From the NCBI RefSeq assembly GCF_020745735.1, contig NC_083446.1:6558433-6622432 (forward strand): a stretch of 64,000 bases of DNA, read 5' to 3'. Under the pieces are notes generated by a model. It saw only the letters and a program-made list of their open reading frames with translations. It was not told where the DNA came from and did no database searches. The DNA comes from Hemiscyllium ocellatum. Its lineage: Eukaryota. Below, one piece after another: positions 1-12,870 of this stretch. The translations under genes were made by a program, and so were the position numbers. Position 1 is the first letter of the stretch; the number at the start of each line of letters is the position of its first letter.

Positions 1-61
1 TATTAAAAACAGTTAAGTGAACATTAGGGGAAGCTACCCAGAAGCTCGGTCCAAGAGTTAT

Positions 62-152
62 TAGACTAGATTAGATTAGATTACTTACAGTGTGGAAACA
101 GGCCCTTCGGCCCAACAAGTCCACACCGACCCGCCGAAGCGCAACCCACCAA
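62..152 (-). mobile_element. V-SINE (HE1-like) 3' fragment with (TAGAT)n tail
   Basis: Near-identical to the 3' ends of the copies at 3598-3866 and 33378-33685. Confidence 0.85.
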
Positions 153-466
153 TGAGAGAGCAAAAGAGAGAGAGTAGCAGAGAAGTTTCATGAGGGGAAC
201 ACAGAGCTTAAAGTCCAGGCAGCTGAAGTTACAGTTGCCAATGGTGAAGTGAAATGCTGGCTAATTGGACTAGATTAATTTAGGATATCTGGTCAACATG
301 GACAAGTTGGACCAAAGGATCTGTTTCTGTGCTGCACAGCTCTATGATGGAAATCAGCAACGCTCAAGAGGGCTGGATTGAAGGTGCCACAAGGTCTCAA
401 CAGCATTTGATTCACCAGTCACTGATGGTATGCAGAACCACGAGGTCAATAAGAGGGCTGATGTAC

Positions 467-569
467 CTTGAAACCTGTGTATTGCCGCCATGTCCAGACC
501 CACAATGGAGATAGCATCGAGACGATCAGGACGCTGGTGAACCGCCGTTTAATCACAGTCGGATGATCC
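467..569 (-). CDS. RCE1: RCE1 (CAAX prenyl protease 2) coding exon 2; gene continues beyond the left edge
   Basis: AG/GT-bounded 103-nt exon encoding (R)[34 protein letters not shown]; matches recalled human RCE1 [22 protein letters not shown]; phase-compatible with exon 1. Confidence 0.95.
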
Positions 570-671
570 CTGGTGAAAAAAAAGGAATTTGTTCAGACAC
601 AAACAACTTTGTGGAGGGACCTGTATTCCAGGTACAGAAGACACACATTTTGACAATCACAGTATACGAGG

Positions 672-1003
672 GCCGGCAGGTTGATTCAGTGGTTGGCACT
701 GCTGCCGCACAGCACCAGGGACTTAGGTTCAATTCCACCTTCAGGTGACTGTGTATGTGCAGCTTGCACATTCTCCCTGTGTCTGCATGAGCTCCCTCTG
801 TGTGCTCTGGGTTCCCCCCACAATTCAAAGATGTGCAGGTTAGGTGAATTAGCTGTGCTAGAGTCCAGGGACGTATAGATTCAATGGATTAGCCCATGGG
901 AATTGCAGGATAGGGTTGGGGAGGGTGGGGGGGTTTCTCTTTGGAGGGTCAGTGTGGATGCGATGGGCAAATGGCCTGCTTCCACACTGTAGGGATTTTG
1001 TGA
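672..1003 (+). mobile_element. V-SINE (HE1-like), diverged
   Basis: tRNA-like head (GGTTCAATTCC B box), V-domain, CR1-like tail. Confidence 0.85.
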
Positions 1004-2809
1004 TATCTTCTGACCCACTTCAGGGGGGAGCTAGGGAAATGTTCAGCATGTAGATGAGGAAACAGAAGGGACTGACATGAGATCTTGGACAGTCTGGCAA
1101 TGCAGGTGCACAAACAGAAGCCAGTGCTGGAGAAGTCCTGGCTACAATTAAATGGTTAATGTCAGAAGAAAGTGAGGACAACGTACTGGTGTGGAGAATG
1201 GACGAGGGTTGCTGGATGAGGAAGATTTATCCCTCTACCAAAGGCTGGAGTCAGCTCAAGGAGAGACAATGTTCCATAGTCACAGATGTCGAGTGCTATT
1301 TTGGATGCAGTCAGAGGAAGTCGATTGGAACAGTTCCAAACAGGATGCCTAAATTTCTCCAGTTCATTTCCTCCACTCCAGAATATTCCAAAGAGCACAA
1401 ATTATAAAAAAACTAATCTTGCAATAGCATATCTTTTAAGATTTCTAGCATCCACAGTTCTTTGTTCAATTATACTAACCATTATTGGTTTGAAGGACAG
1501 AGACAGATTGCTAAATCTCTGAAACAGAAATATCTTAAGGATTCAATCACAAAAGCCAGAAACTTCTATAGATAATCATGGGCTTGCAAAACTCTGCCCC
1601 GAAGAAGGTGGAATTCATTTTACAAGTCTGGTATTACTTAGATAGTTTATTTTGCACCAGCTAACCTAACCACCACATACCATTGTGCAAATTTTTTTTA
1701 GTGCATTAAGGTTTGCAATTCTGATTGACTCAACAATTATGTCTCTTCATTCTTGGAAAACAAGCTACGTCATGATATTCTCTCTCAGACAATCTAACTC
1801 CCAGTCACTGACCACGGTTTGCATGTCAGAGGGCAGGCTCTGAAACCTTTACTCTGTCAAACAACAAACCAGGAGTGATATACCAAAAGGATTGAAAATA
1901 AAATCATGGTGTCATAGTTCTTTTTTTACAGTACAGAAAAAGGACCTTCAGCCCTTGTGTCTGTGTTGGTCACATCAAACATCCATCCATTCTAAATCCA
2001 TTTTCCAGCACTTGGGCTAAAGCCTTGTATACTATGGTGTTTGAGGCATCTATCTAAATAGTTATTAAATGGCCTAAGGGGGTCCTGCTTCTAGTACCCT
2101 TTTAGGCAGTGAATTTGGGGTACCCATAACCACCCAAAAGTTTCCTCAAATGCTCTTCTGAACCTTCTGCTCCTCCCAGTAAAACTGCAGATAACAGTAA
2201 GAGGAAATGTAAGAGGAGGAGAAAAAAAATCTAGAAAAGAGATATGTGAAAACACTCAAATTAGCAGCTGGATTAGGCCATTCAGCTCTTCAAGCCTGAT
2301 CCATCATTCAATAAGGTCATGGCTAATATAGTCATAACCTAAAATCAACATTCAGATCTATTAATAAGCTTTCACAACTTGGTTTTTAAAAAATTCATTC
2401 ACAGGATGTGGACCTTGCTGGCTGGGCCAGCAGTTTTTTCCTGAACTCTTGTTGCCTCTGTGAAAGTGGTGGTGAACTGTGTTCTTGAACCACTGCAGTC
2501 CATTTGGTGTAGGTACACCCACAATGCAATTAGGGAACCCAGAATTTAGATCCAGTGAAGATTAAGACATGGCATATAGTTCCAAGTCAGGAGGGTGAAT
2601 TTACACACCTCTGCTTAAAAATATTCAAGGACACCACTCCCATTACTTTTTTTCAGGAAGAGCTTCCCAAGGAGTCATGGCCCTCCATAAGAAAACATTT
2701 TGCCTCATCACTTGAGTGGGCAACTCCTGATTGTTAAAAAGTGACCACTAATTCTAGATTCTCCCATAACTGGCAAACCACAGCCATTCTGTCAAAAGCC
2801 CTAAAGATC

Positions 2810-3510
2810 ATAAACAAAAACAGAAATTATTGGAAAAGCTCAGCAGGTCTGTGGATAGAAACCAGGGTTAGCGTTTCAGGTCAAACCCTGAGTTCTGAGG
2901 GTCACTGGACCAGAAACATTAACTCTGCTGTCCCTCCACAGACGTGTAGGGGCGGCTGTTGGCCTGGGGTGGACAAAGTCAGAAGTCACATGACACCAGA
3001 TTATAGTCCAACAGGTTTATTTGAAATCACAAGGTTTCAGAGTGCTGCCCCTTCACTAGGTAAAAGACAAAGGAGCGGTATTCCAAAGGGGCAGCACGGT
3101 GACTCAGTGGTTAGCACTGCTGCCTCACAGCACCAGCTACCTAGATTCAATTCCATCCTTGGGCGACTATCTGTTTGGAGTTTACATGAGCTCTCTGCTT
3201 GGGTGTCTGCCAGGTGCTATGGTTTCCTCTCACGGTCCAAAGATGTGCAGATTAGGTGGATTGGCTACGCTAAATTCACCTTAGTGTTCAGGGATGTGCA
3301 AGTTAGGTGCATTAGCCATAGAAAGTATAGGGTGGGGAATGGGTTTGGGTGGGATGCTCTTCAGAGGGTCCATGTGGACTTGTTGAGCCGAATGGCTTGT
3401 ATCCACACTGTGGGGATTCCATGATTCTGTGACTATAACCTGGTGTCGTGTGACTCCTGACTTTCCCTGCAGATGCTGAGCTTTTCCAGCAATTTCTGTT
3501 TTTGCTTCCC
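2810..3510. mobile_element. Nested Penelope-derived foldback elements containing a V-SINE (3089-3430, +)
   Basis: Outer inverted arms 2815-2850/3470-3508; inner inverted arms 2972-3010/3430-3465; degenerate hammerhead motifs. Confidence 0.7.
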
Positions 3511-3597
3511 CAATTACAGCATCCACACTTCTTTCTGATTTTATTCACTACGGTTCAGTCAAATAATAGATTTGTTGCGACTCGTCACTTCAGATGT

Positions 3598-3866
3598 TGC
3601 CTGGGTTCAATTCCCGACTCAGGCGACTGTCTGTGTGGTGTTTGCACGTTCTCCCCGTGTCTGCGTGGGTTTCCTCCGGGTGCTCCGGTTTCCTCCCACA
3701 GTCCAAAGATGTGCGGGTCAGGTGAATTGGCCAAGCTAAATTGCCCGTAGTGTTAGGTAAGGGGTAAATGTAGGGGTATGGGTGGGTTTCGCTTCGGCGG
3801 GTCGGTGTGGACTTGTTGGGCCGAAGGGCCTGTTTCCACACTGTAAGTAATCTAATCTAATCTAAT
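3598..3866 (+). mobile_element. V-SINE (HE1-like), young, 5'-truncated
   Basis: V-domain TTTGCACGTTCTCCCCGTGTCTGCGTGGGTTTCCTCCGGGTGCTCCGG; (TAATC)n tail. Confidence 0.9.
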
Positions 3867-4189
3867 TCACTGCGAATTTCTTTTTCCCAACGGGAGTTTA
3901 ATTCTTCCACTGGTTTTTAATACGACCCCTTTCTGAGGAAGTGTCAACGCGCCCAAAACGCCAACTCTGATTTCTCTCTTCACAGATGCTGCCAGACCTG
4001 CTGAGATTTTCCAACATTTTCTGCTTTTATTTTTATATTCTTATCGCTCAAAAAAGAAATTCAATTGATGGAATTGAAACTCTTTGCAACTTTCTTTTTA
4101 CATGCATGGATGCTAATTGTGCAAATGCTTAGCAAGCACAGATGAAGTTGCTCTCCCTCTCTCGCCTTCCTATGCACAGCATTGCAGTG

Positions 4190-4530
4190 GGAGAGGACCC
4201 CGGCGTTGCCCTGGCAACAAACTCCCCACCACGCGGCAAGGGTAGCCCACCGCGGGGGGACGGTGAGGGGATGTGGAGGCGGACGCGCTTTCAACACGGG
4301 GAGTTACCTGGGCAACTGGCTCCTCCACACGTACAGGCTGCCCACGTAGCCGCAAGCCAGCAGCAGGCAGGAGACCACGGAGACGGAGCAGAGCTCAGCG
4401 CCGCCATCGAGGTCCGCCATCATCGACATGCCAGCACATCCGGCGCAGGTACCGTCCGCTGCGGCGCGTGTTTAAGACGTCACGCTCCCGCCTCCATTCA
4501 TTCATAAATCCCAGAAGCGCGGCAATAGCG
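4190..4530. promoter_or_regulatory. CpG island / RCE1 promoter with CRE-like GACGTCA (~4475) and RFX X-box GTTGCCCTGGCAAC (4205-4218)
   Basis: High CpG density against an AT-rich background; motifs read directly from the sequence. Confidence 0.75.
4308..4429 (-). CDS. RCE1: RCE1 coding exon 1
   Basis: [40 protein letters not shown](R) then AG|gtaact donor; matches human [22 protein letters not shown]; lies in a CpG island; alternative ATGs at 4423 and 4420. Confidence 0.93.
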
Positions 4531-5310
4531 TAGAATCGTAAGAGCTGTACTGTACAGAACGGAAACAGACCCTTCGGTCCCAACCCGTCCATGCTGACCA
4601 GATGTGCTAAATTAATCTAATCCCACCTGCCAGCACTTGGCCCATATCCCTCCAAACCCTTCCTATTCCTGTCCCCATCCAGATGCCTTTTAAATGTTGT
4701 CATTGTACCAGCCTCCACCACTTCCTCTGGCAGCTCATTCCATACACGCACCCTCCACCCCCCCCCCCCCCATGAAAAAAGTGCCCCTCAGGTCCCTTTT
4801 AAATCTTTCCCCTCTCACCTTCTATGCCCTCTAGTTTTGGACTCCCCCACCCCAAGGAAAATACCTTGGCTATTCACCCTATCCATGTCCCTCATGATTT
4901 TATAAACCTCGATAAGGTCATCTCTCAGCCTCCGACGCTCCAGAGAAAATAGCCGCAGCCTATTCAGCCTTTCTATAGCTCAAACCCTCCAACCCTGGCA
5001 ACATTCTTGTAAATCATTTCTGAACTCTTTCAAGTTTCACAACATCCTTCCTATACAGAGAGATCAGAATTGCGTGCAATATTCCAAAAGTGGACTAAAC
5101 AATGTCTTGTACAACCACAACATGACCTCCCAATTCCTCTACTCAATACACTGTCCAATGAAGGCAAGCATACCAAACACCTTCTTCACTGTCCTGTCAA
5201 GGAACTATGAACCTGCACTCAAAGGTCTCTTTGTTCAGCAACACTCCCCAGGACCTTACCATTAAATGTATAAGTCCTGCCCTGATTTGCCTTTCCAAAA
5301 TGCAGCACCA
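4530..5310 (-). mobile_element. CR1 LINE 3' end
   Basis: ORF2 C-terminal remnant plus 3' UTR shared with the other CR1 copies. Confidence 0.85.
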
Positions 5311-5454
5311 ATTTTGGGCAGTTTTCAATCAGCAATGCTGCAGCCCCTATTCACTTCACTCACTCAATCATCATTACACCTATTTTTTTTCTCTAATAAA
5401 AAGGGATTGCAGGGCAAAAACAATACTCACGTTTAACAAAAGGATTGAAACCAC

Positions 5455-5822
5455 CTTATAGAAATTTATAATATTATAAGAGGCAAGGATAAGGTAAACA
5501 GTCAAGATATTTTTCCCCAGGATAGGGGATTCCTAAAGTAGAGAGCATAGGTTTAAAGTAAATGGAAAAAAAATTAAAAGGGACCTGAGGGGCAACCTTT
5601 TCAAGCAGAGGGTGGTGTGTGTATGGAATGAGCTGCTAGAGGACGTTTGTGGTGTAATTACAACATTTAAAAGGCATCTGGATGGGTATATGATTAGGAG
5701 GGGTTTAGAGGGATGTTGGCCAAATGCTGGCAAATGGGACTAGATTAATATAGAACATCTGGTTGACATGGACGAGTTGAACCAACAGGTCTGTTTCTGT
5801 GCTGTACAACTCTATGACTCTT
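5455..5822 (+). mobile_element. CR1 LINE 3' end
   Basis: Same family as 4530-5310, opposite orientation. Confidence 0.85.
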
Positions 5823-6169
5823 TGTAGCTCCTTTAACTCTCATGCTAATCACTGCAATATGCCCAACATTCTTTCACCTCTTCCCTCAGAGGTCTGTTTG
5901 TAGAATGCTACAAACGTCCAGTGACAAGTACCCTTTTATCAATTCCACAGTATGAGTTTGGGTTCTTTACAGATTGGTCAAGAAGACAAAGTCAAGAACT
6001 ATCTTCAGACTTCAGAGTAACACTATTGTTTATATGTAAATACTAAGTATTGCTATCATTATAATCATAGATCTAGCACAGTCTGAATTATAAATGCCTG
6101 AAATGTTGATTGTCCTGGTCCTTGGATGCCGCCTGACCTGCTGTGCTTTTCCAGCATCCCACTCTCGAC

Positions 6170-7335
6170 TCTATCTTATCATAGTCAATTAAGCGATAGC
6201 GACCACAACATGGCATGGTTCAAATTTGTTCTGGACAAGGCAAAAGATGGCCTGCAAAAGAGAGCTTTGGATTGGGGGAAGACTGATTTTATTAAAATAA
6301 AGCAGGATCTGGCCACAGTAGACTGGCAAGAGCTCCGTGCGGATAAGTCTGCAGCAGAGAAATGGGGTCATTCAAAAAGGAGTGGGGAGAGTATAGATTT
6401 AACATGTATCCTTTAGAGGGAAATGTACAAGCAATAAGTTCAGAGAGCCCTGGATATCTAGGACCAATCAGGACTAGATAAAGAAGAATAGGGCTTTTAG
6501 CAAGTTCAAAGGGAACAATTCAGCTGTGGTCCTAGAGGAATTTAGAAAGTGCAAGAGGGAACTTAAAGCAATTAAAAAGCAAAAATGAGCATGAAAATGA
6601 ACTTATGAACAGGGTTAGGAAGAATGCTAAGATATTTTACAAATATGTTAAAGAGAAGAGGTTAACCAGGGAAAGAGTAGGGCCAATTAGGAACCAAGGG
6701 GGCAACCTGTGTGTGAAGCCACAGGATATTGGAAGGGCATTGAATGAATATTTTTCTTTGGTTTTCAATCTGGAAAAGGAGAACATAGGTATGAAATTCA
6801 GGAAAAGGGACTGTGAGAAACTTGCAGTTTGACATAGGAAATGGAGAGGTATTGGAGGCTCTGTTGGGCTTAAAAACAGACAAATGGTTCAGATGAATTG
6901 CATCCCAGAGCAGGGAGGTCAGGCAGGAAAGTTCAGGGGCTTTGACACAAATTTTTAATATCGCCCTTGCCACAGGGAAAGTACCAGAGGACAGCTAATG
7001 TGGTCCCACGTTTTCAGAGGGGTGGTAGAGATGAACCAGGAAATTAGAGACCAGTGAACCTCACATAAGTGGTAGGGAAATTACTGGAGGAAATTCTGAG
7101 GAGCAGATTAATTAGGGATTGTCAGCATTTGTCAGAAGGTGGTCATTCCTAACAAATTTGTTAGAACTTGTTTGGAAATGTGATCAAGTGTGTGGATGAG
7201 AGAAGTTCAGTTGATGTAGGTTATATAGATTTAAACAAGGTCCAATATGGGAAACTGATTGAGAAGATTAAAGCACATAGAATTAAGGGAAAGTTGACAA
7301 GATAGATCTGAAACTGATGGGCCAAAGGGCCTTTT
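6170..7335 (+). mobile_element. CR1 LINE ORF2 fragment, degraded
   Basis: SDHN endonuclease-end motif, KNAKIFYKYV...LNEYFSLVF, N*RPVNLT remnant. Confidence 0.8.
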
Positions 7336-7889
7336 AGATATGGTGTGATTTAATAAATCTTTGAATCGTTGTGTGTTCATGTCTGTTCTGGTGTGAGTGG
7401 TTTAATATTATCCAGGCTGTTTTATTTATATTCAGCATTGTGCAGCTGTGACATCATCATAAGCTTGCTCCAGGGTCCCAAAGCCCTTACACAAAACCCT
7501 TCTTCCTCTTTCAATTCCAATTCATCTGCACTCTCTGTGGAGGGGAGGTTCTGGGGAGCACTACGGAGCAACCTTCCTCTGAGCCTGAAGCTGTAGTTTT
7601 TAAAGTGTATTTTTAACGGAGCCAGATTGAGGATCAATCAACAAATCCTTTACCATTACATTCATGGCAGGCATGTGATGGACAGAACATTGGAGCTGCT
7701 ACCACCATGCATGTAAAAGTATGTTCTGTCACAGCAACTCAGGCTCTCTGAGTGAATTGCATACACCACCACTACTGTATATAGACAAGCAATTAGTATC
7801 AAATAAGATGAATCAATTGATCTGCCTTGAGAAGTGGAGGTTGAGAGAGAAGTATGTTGACCAGGATTCCCTGCTCTTCTCTTTTGTCA

Positions 7890-8182
7890 GCATAGAATAG
7901 AACCCCTATACTGTGGATGCAGGCCATTTGATCCATTGAGTCCACACCAACCCTCCGAAGAGCAACCCATCCAGAACTTCCCCATCCCTGTAACGATGCA
8001 TTTCCCATGGTCAATCCACCTAATTTGCACATTTTTGGACTGCAGGAGGAAACTGGAGCAGTTGAATGAAACCGACAGAATGTGGAAATTCCACACAGAC
8101 AGTAGCCTGACAGCAGAATTGAATCCAGGTCCCTGGCACATTGAGGCAATAGTGCTAACTACTTAGCCACTGTGCCACCCCA
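7890..8182 (-). mobile_element. V-SINE (HE1-like)
   Basis: Full head-to-tail copy, diverged. Confidence 0.85.
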
Positions 8183-8854
8183 CTCTAACATTTGAATGTG
8201 GAACAAAAAGATATATTGACAAGGTTCAATTATGTAACTAGGGCAGGAGGAAGGTTCGTGTGAAACATAAACAATGTCAAATGAACTGTTTCTATGCTGA
8301 TAATTCAAAATAATTCAAAACCAGGGTTTTATAAATACAAGATAAAAACTAATAAACTTAATTTCTCTGAGAAATTCATTCCTCCAAATGGGGTTTGAAT
8401 GTGGAACTTTACCCTGTGGCATACTTGAGGTAAATTGCATGGATGAATTTAATGAAGAGCTCATTAGTTCATGAGAGAGAAAGGAACAGGATATATTGAC
8501 AAGATGGGATGGGATGAATTAAGTAAGGTGAGAGGAGACTTGACTGAAACATAAACACTAGAACAGACCATGGACAAATGGGAAAAGGGCAAGGTGCAAG
8601 CACGTTTAGATAGCTCTACCAACAAACATTCACTATGGGCTGAATTCCCTCATCTGTGTAACATTCTATGAGACGAACATAAGAAAACTTGACTAGTTAT
8701 CTGATTTTCCTTTCTCAGGGGTCGCCAGGGCCATCTCTGGAAATAAATTGCCTAATTCAAAGTCAGTTTAAAAGACTTTGTCATCTGTCTGATTTTATAA
8801 ATCTCCTGCTGCTGACATCTCTGTGAGCAGTGAGAATAGTAATAGCTTTTTCCA

Positions 8855-10420
8855 ATCCTTCTACACCTCCATCCGCTATGACCAGGGCCTCCAAGCCCTC
8901 AGTTTTTTCCTCTCCAGACGTCCCCAACAGTACCCTTCCACCGACACTCTCATTCATTTGGCCGAACTGGTCCTCACCCTTAACAATTTCTCCTTTGAAT
9001 CCTCCCACTTCCTCCAGACCAAAGGGGTAGCCATAGGCACATGTATGTGCCCAAGCTATGCCTGTCTCTTTGTTGGCTACGTAGAACTGTCGATCTTCCG
9101 TAATTACACCGGCACCACTCCCCACCTCTTCCTCCGCTACATTGATGACTGCATTGGCGCCAGCTCATGCTCCTGCGAGGAGGTTGAGCAATTCATCAAC
9201 TTCATCAACACATTCCACCCTGACCTTAAATTTACCTGGACCATCTCTGACACCTCCCTCCCCTTCCTGGACCTCTCCATCTCCATTAATGATGACCGAC
9301 TTGACACTGACATTTTTACAAACCCACAGACTCCCACAGCTACCTGGATTACATCTCTTCCCACCCTACCTCTTGCAAAAATGCCATCACGTATTCCCAA
9401 TTCCTCCGCCTCCACCGTATCTGCTCCCAGGAGGAGCAGTTCCACCATAGAACACACCAGATGGCCTCCTTCTTTAGAGACCGCAATTTCACTTCCCACA
9501 TGGTTAAAGATGCCCTCCAACACATCTCGTCCACATCCCGCACCTCCGCCCTCAGACCACACCCATCCAACCGTAACAAGGACAGAACGCCCCTCGTGCT
9601 CACCTTCTACCCTACAAACCTTCGCATAAACCAAATCATCCACGCACCCCTACAACCTACCCTCCCATCCTGGCACTTTCCTGTGCCACCGCAGGAACTG
9701 TAAAACCTGTGCCCACACCTCCTCCCTCACCTCTATCCAAGGCCCTAAAGGAGCCTTCCACATCCATCAAAATTTTACCTGGACATCCACTAATATCATT
9801 TATTGTATCCGTTGCTCCCAATGCGGTCTCCTCTACATTGGGGAGACTGGGCGCCTCCAAGCAGAGCGCTTTAGGGAACATCTCTGGGACACCCGCACCA
9901 ATCAACCACACCACCCCGTGGCCCAACATTTCAACTCCCCCCTCCCACTCTGCGAGGACATGGAGGTCCTGGACCTCCTTCACCGACGCTCCCTCACCAC
10001 CAGTCGCCTGGAGGAAGAACATCTCATCTTCCGCCTCGGAACGCTTCAACCCCTGGGCATCAATGTGGACTTCAACAGTTTCCTCATTTCCCCTTCCCCC
10101 ACCTCACCCTAGTTCCAAACTTCCAGCTCAGCACTATCCCCATGACTTGTCCGGACTTGTCCTACCTGCCTATCTTCTTTTCCACCTATCCAATCCATCT
10201 TCTACTCCCTGACCTATCACCTTCATCCCCTCCCCCACTCACCCATTGTACTCTATGCTACCTTCTCCCCACCCCCACCCTCTTCTAGCTTATCTCTCCA
10301 CGCTTCAGGCTCACTGCCTTTATTCCTGATAAAGGGCTTTTGCCCGAAACGTCGATTTCGCTGCACTTTGGATGCTGCCTGAACTGCTGTGCTCTTCCAG
10401 CACCATTAATACAGAAAATA
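8855..10420 (+). mobile_element. Penelope-like retroelement (RT + GIY-YIG), 5'-truncated and frameshifted
   Basis: QTKGVAIG..PSYACLF, FLRYIDD, PFLDL; NIIYCIRCSQCGLLYIGETGR..RFREH; hammerhead motif at 10326-10353. Confidence 0.92.
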
Positions 10421-11914
10421 GCTTTTTCATAATCAACGGAGAATTTCTTGAAGTGAGCTTCAGAACAGCAAATGTAACTGCTTTATAGAGATCCTCATAT
10501 AACTGAACTGTCACTATGGCGAGAACTGCTACTTCAGTGAGTGGTTGAAGTAAATAGCCTTGATAAATTTAAGAGGTAGCAAATGAATGCAGGAAGGAGA
10601 AAGACATTGAAGATCGATATTTTAATTGATCTACTCAAACATTTAATGATATGTATCTGGGACTGGTGCGACTTGATTCTGATAGTGTAAGATCAATTAA
10701 GTAAGAGAAACAAAATTCAGGGGTCTGTCATATAATTGTAGTGTCTCTATCTCTGGACCAGAAGTTCTGGTCACAACTGTGCCAAGGGGGTTTAGAAACA
10801 TCTCTGTGGAGGTTGATTAAGGAACAAAAACAAATTGCTCAAGAAACTCAGCAGTTCTGACAGCATCTGTGGAAAGAAAGCAAAGTTAACATCTCAAGAC
10901 TAGTGATCCTTCTTCAGTGACAGAAGACTCGTGCGGAGAATAAACACAGACGGATAATCGGGCTGAATGAATGGCCTGTTTCAGTGTTCTAAAATTTAAC
11001 ATAAAACTATACCAACTGCTTTACGATAGTTACTACACAGGAAAATTGCAGTTACCTTCACGGAGCACAGAAGGTCATTGTTCTTCTTAAAGCATGATGA
11101 CCGTGCACACTGTACTGATCTGGGTGACATCTTCAAACCACACTGGCAGGATCTGGTGCTGTGGTTTCCTCTGGTAGTCCAGAGGAAAGAGTTGGCCCTC
11201 CTATACATCCACCATATCCTCTGTTAGCAAAGCACAGAGTTAATTTCCTCGTTACACCATCACGAGGGCAGTTTATGGATATTGTGGCAAGTACTTCAGT
11301 AGCTAGTGTGAGGGAAGATAATGTGAATGGTGCCATACAGTCATAGTGCAGTTAATAAGATGAGTAATTCACAAAAGAGAAATCCTTCATGAAATACCCG
11401 AATTGACATTGAGCCAATCTTTAGTAAAATTTAGCCATCTTTTATGTAAAGCATTTTAATTGCTATCATTAAGAGCAGAAGTTGTATGGTAAGCCAGAAG
11501 TGGAGGGGGTGGGGGGAGGTGTTAAAAAGCATTTCTCCAACATGAATGACTTGAAAAGATTGCATTGAGTGGGACAAAATTATTAACATAAAACAAAACT
11601 CCTTTAGTTTTTCATATGCAGAGTGAGTATATTTCACCCCAGAATAGCAAAACCTGATATGGCTGTTTCACAACAGTGGGGAAGGAAGAGAAACTGATGA
11701 AACATCAACAAGTTCAGGAAATGAACCACCCATTAATGAGTTGCCTAATGTTACTTGCAGCAAGTTCATGAATATAAGTCCCTTTTTTATTTATACATGG
11801 AAAGGATAAAGTTGGGAAAGAAACTTCAGATATTCACGTCATGAAATAAACTAAATAAGCTATAAAACGATCATGTGACACTTGGCATAACATGATGTTA
11901 ACACAGTAACTAGT

Positions 11915-12870
11915 TTATCTGAAAATACTAGCTTTCAGAGCACTGCTCTTTCATCAGGTAACTAGTGCGAGTATGTAAGACAGAGTGTGTGTATGTGCAG
12001 TGTAGTGGGGTTACCTGCAGTGTAACATAAACCCAAGGTCCTGGTTGAGGCCATCCTCATGGGTACTGAACTTGGCTATCAGCCTCTGCTTGGCCACTCA
12101 GTGTTGTTGCATGACCCTAAATCTGCCTTGGAGGATGGTCACCTGAAGATCCGAGGCCAAATATCCCTGACCGCTGAAGTGTTCCCCGACTGGGAGGGAA
12201 CATCCCTGTCTGGCGATTATTGTGTGGTGTCCATTCATTTGCTGTTGTAGTGTCTGCTTGGTCTTGCCAATGTAATCGACACAAACACAAATACTCACAC
12301 ATTCAAGCAGATCCTCTCTCATACACATGTCCTCTCTCAGATAGACAGACAGACACACACACACAGATATAAGTCTATGGGGTGAATTTGCATTTGCAGA
12401 TACATTCTAATTTTGATCAAAAAGCACACAACTGGCAGCCAGTCAGTCCATACAACATTTTATAAATTCTTAACTTGGAAATAGAACCAGTCTGACTCAA
12501 GATTGAGATACAGACAGACTCTAACCTCACAGCTTTAATATATCACTTTTTTCTTTTAAACCTTAAGGTTTCTTGAGAATGTGACTTAAAAGAAGTTCTG
12601 GGATTTACATATTAATGAACTGAAACCTGTAAACCATTGTAAAAGATGAAAGACTTAACAGCAATCTAGGTTTGTTCAATTTATCCTTTTAATTACATTA
12701 CACTGTGATTGTTTGCTATAAATTCTGTGACTTGTGATCCCAGTTACCTGATGAAGGAGCAGCACTCTGAAAGCCAGTACTTCCAAATAAACTTGTTGGA
12801 CTATAACCTGGTGTTGTGTGATATTTAACTTTGTTCACCCTAGTCAACACCGGCACTTCCACATCAACAC
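11915..12870. mobile_element. Penelope-like remnant with inverted hammerhead-bearing termini
   Basis: GIY-YIG remnant YIGKTKQTL on minus (12030-12290); inverted CTGATGA..GAAAG motifs at 11926-11961 (-) and 12745-12780 (+). Confidence 0.75.
11926..11961 (-). ncRNA. Minimal type I hammerhead ribozyme, intact core
   Basis: UAC-CUGAUGA-A-AGAGC(AGU)GCUCU-GAAAG-CUA-GUA: catalytic core, stem II, palindromic loopless stem III and 3-bp stem I. Confidence 0.7.

Noticed and set aside
2741-3424. 227-aa ORF on plus
   Set aside because: Chance read-through across nested repeats and a V-SINE; no protein motif.
4142-4533. Several plus-strand ORFs in the CpG island
   Set aside because: GC-rich antisense shadows of RCE1 exon 1.
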